From NCBI RefSeq assembly GCF_036321535.1, contig NC_087437.1:19098001-19162000 (forward strand): 64,000 nt of DNA. The letters are read 5' to 3'. Source of the stretch: Camelus dromedarius. Its lineage: Eukaryota. Both the position numbers and the translations under genes were made by a program. Numbering within the stretch: position 1 is the first letter of the stretch; each line of letters begins with the position of its first letter. The notes under the pieces are model-generated. The model was given only the letters and a program-made list of their open reading frames with translations, searched no databases and was not told where the DNA came from. This document shows, piece by piece, positions 13,065 to 25,159 of this stretch.

Positions 13065-14565
13065 AGCAACTTCTGGCTCATGCCCTCCTCTCCCTTCTTC
13101 CTCCGTGCTGGCTAGAATGCAGACATGGTGGACAGCCATCTGGTGCCAAGTAGATGAGGGCAACACTCCAGGGATGGCAGACCAACAGGAGCAAAAGAAC
13201 TCGGGCCTCAGTGACTTTGGGGAGCAGAGAGGCCATTCTGGTTCAGACCTTTACATGAGAGCAAAATAAACATCTATCTCATTTAAGTCATTTTGATTTT
13301 AGGGTCTTCACCACACACAGCTAAAATTATGAAACGTAGTTCACCCAGGAGCCCATCAGGACAGGCAGAGAGGTTGTCTTTGAGTGGCATCTGCCTCCTG
13401 CCTAGCAACACACACCTCTCTTGAGGGTAGGAAGGTTTGGGGCCGGCATGGGGAAGGAGAAATTGAGCTAGGGGAAAACATGGACTTTCTGTCTCTAAAG
13501 TCATGTTGCCCTAAATGCTTGTAGTTTATCTCTCCAGTAGACTTCAGGTTTCTAGAGAGACCCTGATATATATATCTTGGGATGCCTCACCACCCACTTG
13601 GGTGTCTGATCTCTATTTTATCATGGCATCTCAGCGAAGCTGCCAATCCACCATCCTGGCCCCACCCTAGACACCAAAGATCAGTGACAGATCTGGGTTT
13701 GGCCTAATTTTGCTTCATGGAGCAAACAGGCTTGACCTTTGTGCCAGCAGAAGGTCTCCGTGTCTCTTCCCACTTCCTGCCTTGTCCCTGTCTTGGTCTG
13801 TCTTTCCTCAGGGCATAGCATCCCCGACTGAGGTCTCAGGGCACCTCCACAAACATCATTCAGGATCACCCAGCCACCCTGTGAGTTGGATGACCGTGGA
13901 CCATTCTTACCCCTTGACAAATGAACAAACCAAAGCCCGGATCATCCATCTCGCTCTTGCAGTCTCTTGTTTAATAGTCTGCCTTCCTCAACTGACTCTG
14001 GACCCTGGGAAAGCAAGAATCATGTTGGTGTGTTTGCGGCTGCAGCCCCAGAGCCCAGCTCAGAGCCTGCTTTGTGGGCTGGCCCTTAATGTTTGTGGAT
14101 TCTTGACTAAAATGACCCCTCATTACAAAGGGTAGGGGGGTGGTCTGCAGAACTGGAGCTGGAAGTGTGGTTTTCAACCCTGGCACATTTTCAAAAGCAA
14201 GAATTTTTGGCAGCACATTGGAGGTGTTAAAGAATTCCAAACAACACTAAACAAGCTGGTGGTAACCACATCAGTCACTACGGTGGTGTCCTTGAGTGTT
14301 TGTGAGGGCCCTGGAGCAGGGAGCTCTGGACTCCTCTCGTGCCATGTTGCTTTATGGGTGTGCTTTTGGGGGGCCTCTTAGTCACAGGCACAGTTATTGT
14401 GGGTGCCAGTGGATGCTCCATCTTTCTTTGATGCTAGCCTGCCAGACAGCCTTCTCACCACTTACAGCCCTTCCTCACTCTGGTTGTACAACCTAATTCT
14501 GCACTGAACTAGAATCTTCTTTTTTTGGAATCGAGCTATTCCTTATGCAGGTTATAGGTTAGATG

Positions 14566-14729
14566 TGTGGTTCTCAATTGGAGCTGAGTTGGCATGCCCT
14601 GGAGACATTTGACATTGTTGAGATGTTTTTGGTTGTCATACCTGGGGAGCAAGTGCTATTAGCTTCTAGTGAGTAGAGGCCAGAGATGCTGCTGAACATG
14701 CTACAACGTATGGGATAGCCCTACCACAA
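14566..14729 (+). mobile_element. MER20 (hAT-Charlie), partial
   Basis: gtggttctcaa...tttttggttgtcatacctgggg...gagtagaggccagagatgctgctgaacatgctacaa. Confidence 0.75.
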
Positions 14730-15090
14730 GGCATGATCCATGTCCAAACATCCATGTGCAGAGCTTGAGAGCCCCTGGGCTAGAATTTGCAGCTTTGGGG
14801 GGATGGGGGCCTCAGCAGAAGCTGCAGTAGCAGGAGGAGCAGTGGGCCTTCTGCAGACAGAACCAGCCCCTCCAAGGCTCAGAGCACAAGCAGGCCTCCT
14901 TACCAGGTATATCCTGGCCACAATCACCCTTTGTGGGTGGTGACTGACTTAGCTCCTGTTTCAGGAAGTGGCCTCTAGGTTGCCCTGACTTACCTGCAGC
15001 TGGTAGAAGTCTCACTGGCATAATTTGTATGCGTGGCCATTTGGAAGATGCATTAAGAAGTCAAAACAAACCAAAAAATCCCCTGAATTA

Positions 15091-15888
15091 CAGTTGTCCT
15101 CCCTTATCCACGAGGGATACTTCCCAAGGCCCCCAGTGGATGCCTGGGACCACAGATAGTACTGAAACCTACATATAACTGTTTTATCTTATACACACGT
15201 GCCTATGATAACGTTTAGTTTATATGTTAGGCACAGTAAGAGATATAACAACTTATAACAGCATACTGTAATAAAAGCTGTGGGCATGTAGTCTCTCTGA
15301 AAATATCTTGATCTACAAATTTAATGTCTTTTCCATCTTAACTAAGCACTTATCATGCACTGTGGCCATAACTTTTGTAGTTTGAGGGGCACTAGCAAAC
15401 TAGCACACATTTTATTTCCTTCTTCACAATTTCATGGATAGAAGACTTGTTCTTACCATAGATCTTAGAAATCTCAGCATAGGGTTTTTTTTTTCTTTCC
15501 TTACTGAGTCTAGAACTTTCACCTTTGCACTTAAAGGAAGCACTTTACAGCTTCTCTTTGGCAGGTCCGAATTGCCAGCACCACTACTCTTGCACTTTGG
15601 GGCCATTATTTAGTAAAATAAGGGTTACTTGAACACAAGCACTGTGACAACCAAGATGGCTACTAAGTGACTAATGGGAGGGAAACATGGGCAAAGATGA
15701 TTCACATCCTGGGTAGGATGGAGCTAAAGGGTGCGAGATTTCATCATGCTCCTCAGAGTGGTGCAAAATTTAAAACTTATGAATTGTTTATTTCTGGAAT
15801 TTTCCATTTAATATTTTTGGGCCACAGTTGACCACAGGTAACTGAAACCATGGGAAGTGAAACTGCTGGATGAGGAGGGGGACTACTG
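15091..15888 (-). mobile_element. MER44/Tigger7-derived Tc1/mariner-pogo DNA transposon
   Basis: TIRs cagttgtcctcccttatcc (after TA at 15089-15090) and ggatgaggagggggactactg. Minus ORF 15424-15606 (MAPKCKSSGAGNSDLPKRSCKVLPLSAKVKVLD) is a Tigger7 transposase N-terminus, truncated. Confidence 0.88.
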
Positions 15889-16064
15889 AACCTTCTCTTT
15901 GGACCAACAATTCCTTTTCTAGGAATAAAGCCAGAGTAAATAATTGGAGAAGCACCTAAAGATGTGTTGAGGGATATTTATTACAATATTATTTATAGTA
16001 GCAGTGAATCAGCTGGGAATTTTAATATTACATTGTAATATATTCATTTGATAGAAAGCTATGC

Positions 16065-16540
16065 ACTTGGGTTGCCTTCAGCTGCAAGGAACTGAAAATG
16101 TGACTTCTGTAGCTTTAATAGACAGGGATTTCTTCCTTACCCAATATTGAGAAGTCCAGAAGTAAACAGATCCAGGCTGAAGCAGCAGCCCAAGGAGATC
16201 GTTAAGAAACAGACTCCATCTAGTTTCCTGTTTTCATCCTTGCAGTCACAGGATGGTTGCTGTCCCTCCATTTATGATTTTGATATTCAAGAAAGGAAGG
16301 AAGAAGAAAGGGCAGGAAGGCTGAATGAGTCTATCCCTTTTTATAAACTCTACCAGAAGACCCATCCAGTGAGTTCTGCTTTCATCTATTGGCCAGAACT
16401 GTGTCACGTGACTATTCCTCACTGCAGAGGAGTCTGAGAAGGTAAGAATTTGTGGCTCTCCGGATTCTTTAATGAGGAAGTTAAGGGGCGGTGTCATCAA
16501 ATCAAATGGCTATTGAGTAGTCAATCTGCCACGTCTGCCA
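16065..16540 (-). mobile_element. MaLR LTR (MLT1J/K-like)
   Basis: ccttcagctgcaaggaactgaaa...aagtccagaagtaaacag...tattggccagaactgtgtcacgtg. Confidence 0.6.
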
Positions 16541-16684
16541 CAACAAAGCAGACTTTAGAAATTAATATGAAAAATTTCAGGCAATGTAAATGAAGTTTAA
16601 TGAAAAAAAAAAAAACTGGGTACAAAATTGTAGCTACACTACTATTCCAATTTTTAAAACAAACTGTGTCTTTACTCCCTTCCC

Positions 16685-18160
16685 CAGTTTAATTGAGATA
16701 TAATTAACATATGATGTATTAGTTTAAGTTGTACAACGTAATGATTTGATACATGTACATATTGCAGTATGATTGCCACAGTAAATTTAATTAACATCCA
16801 TCACCTCTCATAGTTACAATTTTTTTCTTGTGAGGAGAACTTTTAAGACCTATTCTCTTAATGACTTTAAAATAAACAACACAGTATTGTTAACTATAGT
16901 CACCATGCTGCACATTACATCCTCAGGACTTATTGAAAGTTTGCACCTTTTGACCACATTCACTTATTTCACTCACCTTCCAACTCCCACCACTGGCAAC
17001 CACCGATCTGTTCTCTATTTCTACGAGATTTTTTAGATTCCACATATAAGTGGGTCATATGGTATTTGGCTTTCTCTGTCTGACTTATTTCACTCAGCAT
17101 AATGCCCTCAAGTTCCATCCATGTTTTTGCAAATGGCAGGATGTCTTTTGTTGTGGCTGAGTAATATTCCATTGTATATGTATTCCACATTTTCTTTTTT
17201 TTTTAATGTAAGTATAATCAATTCACAATGTCATGTTAATTTTGGGGGTACAGCAGAGTGATTCAGCTGTACATATATATCCTTTTCATATTCTTTTCTA
17301 TTATAGGTAATTACAAGGTATTGAATATAGCTCCCTGTGCTATACAGTAGGACCTTGTTGTTTATCTATTTTATATGTAGTAGCGTGTATCTGCTAATCC
17401 CAAACTCCTAATTTAAACCTCCCCAACCCCTCCCTTTCCTGATAACCGTAAGTTTGTTTCTATGTCTGTGAGTCTGTTTTATAAATAAGTTTATTTGTGT
17501 CTTTTTTTTTTTTTTTTTTAGATTTCACATATAAGTGATATCATATGGTAGTTTTCTTTCTCTTTCTGGCTTACTTCACTTAGTATGACAATCTCCAGGT
17601 CCATCCATGTTGCTGCAAATGGCATTGTTTTATTCCTTTTTATGGCTGAGTAGTGTTTATCATTATCTATCTACATACCACAACTTCTTTAATCATCTGT
17701 CGTTGGACATTTAGGTTGCTTCCATGACTTGGCTGTTGTAAATAGTGCTGCTGTGAAATTTGGGGGGCATGTATCTTTTCAAATGAGAGTTTCCTCCAGA
17801 TATATGCCCAGGAGTGGGATTGCCGGATCATAGGACAAGTCTATTTTTAGTTTTTTATGGAATCTCCATACTGTTTTCCATAATGGCTGCACCAAACTAC
17901 ATTCCCACCAACACTGTAGGAGGGTTCCCTTTTCTTCACACCCTCTCCTGCATTTATCATTTGTATACAACATTTTCTTTATCCATTCATTAGTCCATGG
18001 GCACAAACATGGTTGTTTCCAGGTGTTGGCTGTTGTAAATAATGCTGTAATGAACGTACTGACATCTTTTTGAGACAATGATTTTGTGTCCTTCTAATAA
18101 ATACACAGAAGTGGAATTGCTGAATCATATGGTAGTTCTATTTTTAATTTGTTGAGGTTT
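16685..18160 (-). mobile_element. Older L1 (L1MA-like) 3' end, split by a younger L1
   Basis: tttaattgagatataattaacat...; minus ORF 16969-17190 (MEYYSAT..LPFAKTWMELEGIMLSEISQ); sequence resumes at 17981. Confidence 0.85.
17198..17969 (-). mobile_element. Younger L1 3' end nested in the older L1
   Basis: Poly-T head, 3'UTR and end of ORF2; TSD acattttcttt at 17187-17197 and 17970-17980. Confidence 0.88.
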
Positions 18161-18250
18161 GCTTTTTATCATAAAACAAATCTGGGCAAATATATATGAA
18201 AATATTAAGGGATGATTATGGTTAAGGGGTGTTTATGGGGATTTTTAAGA

Positions 18251-18262
18251 TCTCTCTCTCTG

Positions 18263-18331
<69 letters not shown>

Positions 18332-18368
18332 TTGTGTGTGTGTGTATGTGTATGTGTGTATGTATGTG
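18251..18368. repeat. Compound microsatellite (TC)n(TA)n(TG)n
   Basis: Directly visible. Confidence 0.97.
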
Positions 18369-19069
18369 TTTAGAACAAGAGGAATTTTTTTTTTAATCCC
18401 AAACTGGCAAATCTTCATCTACCAAAAAACCTGAAGCCAGATGCCTTCCCAGACTCAGGGACTGCTGGGCTTTGAGGTGGTGGCCCTGGACATCAACGTT
18501 CCGATGAGCGGAGGCTGATCTGGAGGATTCCAGAAGACCCCCCCCCCCGCCTCTGCCCCAGGAACCCTCTCTTAGAACTTCACCCCGTACCTGTCCCCAG
18601 GACTGATGTGCTCCTACAGAAAGATCTTGCTAAGTTGTAGTCAGTCACTCTACCAGAGTGGGTGGGAATCCAGTGTTTTTCTGAGAGGTAGAGCCTTTGA
18701 CTCTGGGGAGAGGACTCTCACCAGGAGGAATCTCCAAGGTGAAGGGGAGAAATCTGAAGACCAGGAGCAAGGAAAGCAGGCCAGTAATAAATAGGTTGTC
18801 TTTCTGGGGCTACCTTGAGCTAAATGAATGTAACAGCAGGCAGGAGAGGTGGGGAGGGCACTGCTGTCAGGGTTGGCGACCAGGGTCTGCTACCTCACCT
18901 ATAAGCCTTACTAGAAAGAGGGAAATGATGACAATGGTGAGACAAAGAGGTTGCACGCTTTGAGTACATCTGTATGTTGCATGAAGTTCTCCACCCTCAT
19001 CTAAATCTCACAGCGACTCCCCGGGGGGCGCTCTGCTTATTTCCATGTCATATATAAACATCAGGAAGC

Positions 19070-19320
19070 AGCAGAAAGGTGGCCTTGTGTGCTCTGGAGT
19101 TGTGCCACCAGGGTTCAAGTTCCCCACCGATTAGAAGTACAACTTAGAAAGCCACTGAAGTGTTCTGTGCCCCAGTTTCCTCTCTATAAAAAGAGATTAT
19201 AATAGGATTTTATCAGAGGGTTTTGTGAGGATGAAGTGAATTAATACATATAAAGAGCCTGGCATGGCATCTGGCTAGTAGTGAACCCCCAATAAAATAT
19301 CAAGCTCTATTAATAGCAAT
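19070..19320 (+). mobile_element. MIR SINE (near full length)
   Basis: ctctggag...gggttcaag...tctgtgccccagtttcctctctataaaa...ttgtgaggatgaagtgaattaatacatataaag...cctggca. Confidence 0.8.
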
Positions 19321-19419
19321 GTTTTATTCAGATCAAAAGAAATAATGTACATAAAACAACCATTGCAGCCAATAAATGTGTCTGCTTTGACATGTGTAAT
19401 GACTGCTTCCTACACACCT

Positions 19420-19530
19420 GTATTTGACACATGAGGAAACTGAGGCTGGAGAGTGACAGGGAGTTTCCAAAGGTCACATGGTGAGAGTGGGGTGAATCTG
19501 GGACCTGAACGCAGGTTTCCTGGCTTCTAG
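19420..19530 (-). mobile_element. MIR SINE fragment
   Basis: atgaggaaactgaggctggagag...ccaaaggtcaca. Confidence 0.7.
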
Positions 19531-21534
19531 CAAACACCCGGGATGCCCACAGCATACCTCCCTGGAAAAGTTAAAGGAGGTAAAAGAGAAACTTGGCAAA
19601 GCATCTGGGAACAGGGTGGGAAATGCACCTCAGGAAGGGCTGGAAAGGCACTTGCATGGACCCTTCCTTTCATGGGGCCATCCCTTAGTGTCCCTTTAGC
19701 CTCCGACAGCCCTTCCCTGGGGACATAGCAGGTGTCCCTGAGCCACCTCAGTCCCAGTTTCTCCTGGAACGAAAGGAATGCTCCTTGTTGCACTCAGGTC
19801 TCCGAGCAGTTGCAGACTTTTGTTCTCCACATCCTGTTCTCTCAAGCTCAACCCTGGCTGCCGGGCGTTGGCTCAGATGACAGTCCCAGAGCCCCACCAC
19901 CTGGCCTTTCTCAGTGGCCTGGCCAGGAAGCCAGATGGAAAGTGAAGTTCAGCAACCGTAAGCATCAAAGGGACCAAACTGATGTTAAGTGAGACAGCTC
20001 TGGGGAAGCCTGTGTCTGCCCCTAGCCTGGTTTCCAGCCCCTGTCCCTGCCCAGGGTGATGGCCACAAGACCAGCCTCCTTTTGTAGTATACATGGCCAT
20101 ATGGTATGCGGTTTCAGGGCTGCCATACACAGTCTTCACTTGCTCCAGGGTTGCTGGGCAGTCCCTGAAGTTGGTTAGGCCAGGTCCAAGATGCTCTGGA
20201 GTTGATGAACAGAAATAAATGTAGCATGAAACTGTTTTTAGCATTTTGAGAAGCTGATCAGAAATCAATGTTTAACCCAAAGGAGGAGTACCAGCTTATC
20301 TGATGCGGTTTGGTGTTTGGCTGAAATTGTACCAACTCTACGTGATCCCAGGGATTAGCCCATCCTGGCCCCAGTACTGATTGGCATTGATGTCATGATC
20401 AGATTTCCCAGGATACAGGGGGAATCATGAGGGGTCCTTTATGGTTACAAGATGATGACTGTTATATTGAGTGACCCCTGAGATTCTTTCTGTTTCTGAG
20501 ATTCTAGTCCTAAAATTGTTTCTGAGCTTTGGCCGCTCAACCAGAGGCACACACATGAGCATGGAGGGGTTCTGGAAACCGAGAGGTTAACACGACTCAT
20601 CTGCCTCCCATAACATATGTACCTGGAGATATCTGGTTGAAAGTTAATTAACTGGTAGGTAATTAAAAACATGATTTTTCTATTAAAACATAACCCAGGT
20701 TCTACCTTGGAATATTTGAAGACCTTGTTATCCTTTTTAAATACGCTGGTCCTTCACCTGTCCCCTAACCCCTCAAAATTACCCTAAAGAAAAGATCTAG
20801 CTAATTCACACTGGATTTAACCCAGAGGAAAGAATTTCACATAGAATTTCATGCTCCCATCTCCTCCTCTCTGCAGACCAAGGGGAATGTGGTTACCTAC
20901 AGCTGGGGTGGATGTTGGATGCCCCTGTCTTCCCATGGTGGTCCCTGGGTCCAGGGCAGGCCCTAGAAGGAGTTCTGGATGTTTGCTGAACCTGCCTGGG
21001 CTCTGAGGCTCAGCCCCTCCTCTTCCCTCCTTTTGGGTGGTGAGAGGGAGACCAATTTCTCTGAAGGGTCTCTGGGGCCTGGTTAGCGTTTCCTATAAGG
21101 GACACCCTATAAGGAGCCCCTCAGCTCAGGCTGTATCCAGTCATCAGCAAAAGGCCAGGAGAGTTGGCTGGGTTCATGCCCAGAGTTGCCTCAGCCCTGG
21201 GGACACCTTCCTGATGTGGCTACCATCCATCCCCGTGTCTCTCACAGAGGACAGGCAGGGCTTCTTTCGGAAAGACGGGGAAGACAGGGAGAGGGCACTG
21301 GACCTACTACAGAGAGCTCGGTCAGGACTGGTGGGGGCCCCGTCACCCCTGTCTAAGCCTCAGGCTCGTCTCTGAGAAACAGAGCATCAGGGTGGACAGG
21401 TGAGGAGGACTAGGGGCTGCCAAGGCCCTCGCTGGCTGTGCTGAGCTGAATGTCTACAATCTGGGGGTGTCTTCTGAGGGATCCTGAAGGTACTTTTTGT
21501 AGATGGAAAGTTTGGGGTCTTCTCAGGGGCAGGG

Positions 21535-21765
21535 GGGTGGTGCACAGTGGCTCAACACACAGGCTCTCAGGCCGACTGACAGGGTTCACGTCCCACACTG
21601 TCACTGGTTACCAGTGTGATAGTGAATAGGTTGTTTAATGCTCTGTGCCGCAGTTTCTCCACATGGGGATAAAATAGTGCCCTGCCTCGCTTTTAAAGAT
21701 TGGAAGGGCTGATTGAGATAATTCAGCTGGAATATAATGTGGTGTGAATACTGTAAATGTTGGCC
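21535..21765 (+). mobile_element. MIR SINE
   Basis: agtggctcaacacacaggctct...ctctgtgccgcagtttctcc...gggataaaatagtgcctgcctc. Confidence 0.75.
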
Positions 21766-24700
21766 CCACTAGCCTGACCACCATGAGTGGCATAAAGAGG
21801 GCCAGGACTGCAGCATCATGGCTCCCTCTGTCCTCCATGTGGATACGGCCTCCTGGAGCCATGCCATGTGGTGGCCCCAAGTAGGTGCTGACAATAATTC
21901 AATGAGGATGGGTGTTGTGATTCTGTTTTCCAGATGAGGCCCTTAGAGTCTACTATGAGCCAAACAGCATGCTAGATTGTGGGCAGACTGTATGAGACAC
22001 AGCCTCTGCCCTCTGCAGTGTACCTGGGGAGTCTAGACCACTCTGTGGACAATGAAGGCACAGCAGCCGTGGGCCAGTTCTCACTATTGGCACAGGAGTG
22101 CCTTGGTCGGAGATAGGCCAAGACAGGCCCCTTCCCCTGCCAGTGCCTCCTGCTTCAAGTTGGCTTTCTTTCCCTGGACTGGCAAGGAACTCTAGGCTCC
22201 TGTGAGGCAGCTCCTGGACGCACAGGAAGAGAAGATCTCTTCTGCTTCTGGTCAGGTTGGGGTTGGCTGTGGTGCCTGGGACGATGGCAGTCACTCTTCG
22301 AGGCAGCCTGAGGACAAGGCAATACTGAAAATGGATGGACAGAGAGTGTGAAAGCACCTGGTCCTTGATGTTGTGCTTTCCCACTTCCCCACGATTGCTC
22401 AGGGCATTCTTGCCATGTGGAGTGCCATGTCCCCATCTCAGTTTGTTTAACATGCAGCTGTGTTTCAAGGCTCAGTTCCAGCACTTCCTCTTCTGTGTTG
22501 CCTTCCCTGATCTCCCAGCAGAGGGGACCTCTGAGCTCCCAGAGCATCCAAACCCTCCACAGGGACATTTTCAGAATGTCTGTATCCAGATCTGGCACCT
22601 CCCTACATGCACTGAGGCCTCCTGGAGGGAAGGGGCTATCTAGCCCATCTTCCACCCTTCCTGTGGGACTATATTTTATCTGGCAACCTCATGGGGAGGG
22701 GAGGGTAAGGGTGGCTATCCCAGGGAAGAAAGGGTTTGGACTTTCACTCATGCTATTTACAACCTGGGAGAGTCTGGAGGGGCTGGCCGCCATATTACTA
22801 TGGGTCAATGGCTCCAGCCTGGATACTTGAGAAAATGTTTGACTCTGAATGTCTTCTCCACTCCCAAGCCACAATTCTGCTCCAGACTCTGCCCATGGGC
22901 CCTGGGTGGGGGCACTGAGGTGTGTCCCAGCCTCCTCTGCAGCCCTAGCCGTGGCTGATGGGAGCTGACAGGCGGCCTGGAAACATGCAGCAGCCTGACG
23001 CCCCACTAATCTCCGCATCATCTGTGGGTGAATGTTTCCAGCAGAGGTGGAGGAGACGATAAAAGGAGCAGTGTTCCTGCGCGCAGCGCTTTTAGTGAAG
23101 CGTGCCTGCATGGTGATTCACATCAGCACATTTTTAATATCCATAAACCCATGCCGGCTAGGATGGGAGCAGCCCTGTGCCAAAGCTCCTGGCTTTGCAA
23201 ATGTTCTGGACTTAGGAGAGACCGGCCAGTGAGCAGGCAGGCAGGCTGTCTTGCTGGCTGGATTCCCCCGGCATGCTGTGTGCCAAATGCAATGTCCACA
23301 CCACACCCCCCTGTGGGGTTTCCTGAAGCCTCTGGCCCAGCTCGTCAGAGTTGCCACACCTAGACAAAGGCTTATCCAAATAACCACTCTTGGAGTTTGC
23401 TCCCAGGGTGAAGGTGTTCCTCACCCAGAGTTGGACTAACATCTTCTCACTGCTTGATTGATGGATCTGACAGTGAAAGGACCACTGTCAGATGGGTGGT
23501 CCAAGGTGCTGGCCCACAGGACATCCCAAGCATGGCAAGGGGGCCAGGAATGATCCAGGAGGTGGTACTTACTCCATCAGTCTTCCCATAATGTTCCCAG
23601 AAATGAATGTTCAATGAGCAGAAGTTGCTACCAAGAACAGGAAACCTGGTCCCTGGTCTCAACGAGCACAAGGGAGGACAAAACAAACAGAGAGGACAGT
23701 TACAGGACAGTGTGTGCTATGGGAAGAGAATGGTATGGTCTCTGAATTCAGGGAATAGGTTGCTGCCCCCACTGAGGTTATCAGAGAGGTTTTGAGGGTA
23801 GAGGGACGTTTGATGGATGGGCCACTTTCCAATGTCCATGTGGAAGGGTGGGGCTCAGTTGCTGGGGGTGAGCAGCAACCAGCTGGGACTCCTGACCCAG
23901 TGTGGATATGGGGTTAGGATCTGGGAGAAGGGACAGTGATAAGGAGAATTCCCAGCCCCAGACTCTGAGGGTGGTAATAGCGAAGATACCAGCAAGACAG
24001 CTCCAAGAGGAGCTTGTCTGGTTTGGTTCAGTTTGGACACCAGACTCTTTCCTGTAACACCCAAGTAGAATCCACCTGGCGTGGGCACTGTATTTAACAG
24101 TGTCTGACGGGAGAGGCTTTTTAGGTCAAGACTTTATGAGGATGACAAATGCTGTAGTTGGGAGTTTCTGAACGTAGTGTGCTATGGGGTTAACTCCCAA
24201 TAGCTCAGAGTGAGTTTATGTCAACACCCAGACCTTCCTCACTAAGGAACTGGTGATGACTTTGAACTAGCAAGGCCCACAAAAGAGCTCCAATTTGGTC
24301 TGGGCAGGAGGCCTTGTCCCCCCAAATTCTGCTGACCCTCTTTGATCTCTCTGGTGACAATTTATACCCAGATTGCAGCACCTGAAGGTGTTAGGCTGTT
24401 TATTAGTTTGTAATTCTTGAGCCCTGCTAATGAGGTTGTTTGAAGTGCCCTCAAGTATGGCAAGATCCCAGGGAAGAAAGTATTCAGGTTCCTGGGTCTG
24501 GGCTGGGAGGGACACCCTGCATGGTGGGCTTTCCTAGACTCCAGATCACTCAGCAATATACCCCATCCCACTCCTCACTTGCTCCCACCCCACATAAGTG
24601 ATGCCCATGTCCCACGTCCTACTCTGGGGAGGTAGACGAGGGAGTAGGTAGACAGGGCTTGCGGAGTCCATTCTGAATGCTGAGGTTGCACCAGGAGGTA

Positions 24701-25159
24701 CTGGGGACTTGTTGGGAGGAAAGGGAGGGGAAGGAGATCCTTTCCTGATTCTTCTCCAGGAACAGTTCAACCACCTGCCTCTGGGGAGGCTGGTGAGGGG
24801 GGAGATCTGGGCCCCTAGAGAACCCAGCAGCTTTTTTCCCCAAAGGCAGGGAGACCTAAGAAACACAGCTCTGGATTTAATGCCTGGGTAACACCAACAT
24901 TAGCACAAAATAGTTAATTAAAAACTAGCACCAAGATAATAATATTTGAATTTTGGACTGGAAAAAAGGATACTTCTCAATCTCTAATAGGCAAAGGCCT
25001 CTCAGGAACAGACTTTCACTGACTCTCCACCAGCTCCATTAGTTTTTCCATTTCCATATAGACATTCCAAAGGGGTGATGTTAACAGTTCCCAACATCTT
25101 TCATTTTAAGGCCCTCCAAAGAGTTTATCATGCTGTGAATTGTGGTACTGCTTGTGCTC

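Larger units (their letters stand above)
12335..13320 (+). mobile_element. MaLR LTR (MLT1-type), split by MER63 and L1
   Basis: cttcccttgtagctaaggggtgatgtcactaagttctc resumes at ~13075 as gctagaatgcagacatggtggacagccatc...gagagcaaaataaacatctatctcatttaagtca. Confidence 0.65.

Noticed and set aside
15424..15606. Domesticated Tigger (TIGD-like) gene
   Set aside because: Only the N-terminal ~40 aa match before a frameshift, and the ORF lies within a ~0.8-kb non-autonomous element with TIRs.
22514..22527. CTCF-like motif CCAGCAGAGGGGAC
   Set aside because: It mismatches the conserved C of the GGC core; near-matches are common in GC-rich DNA and cannot be supported without ChIP data.
22977..23041. 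Possible pre-miRNA hairpin (ctggaaacat / atgtttccag 10-bp inverted repeat)
   Set aside because: The interior pairs poorly (large asymmetric bulge) and I recognise no mature miRNA sequence.
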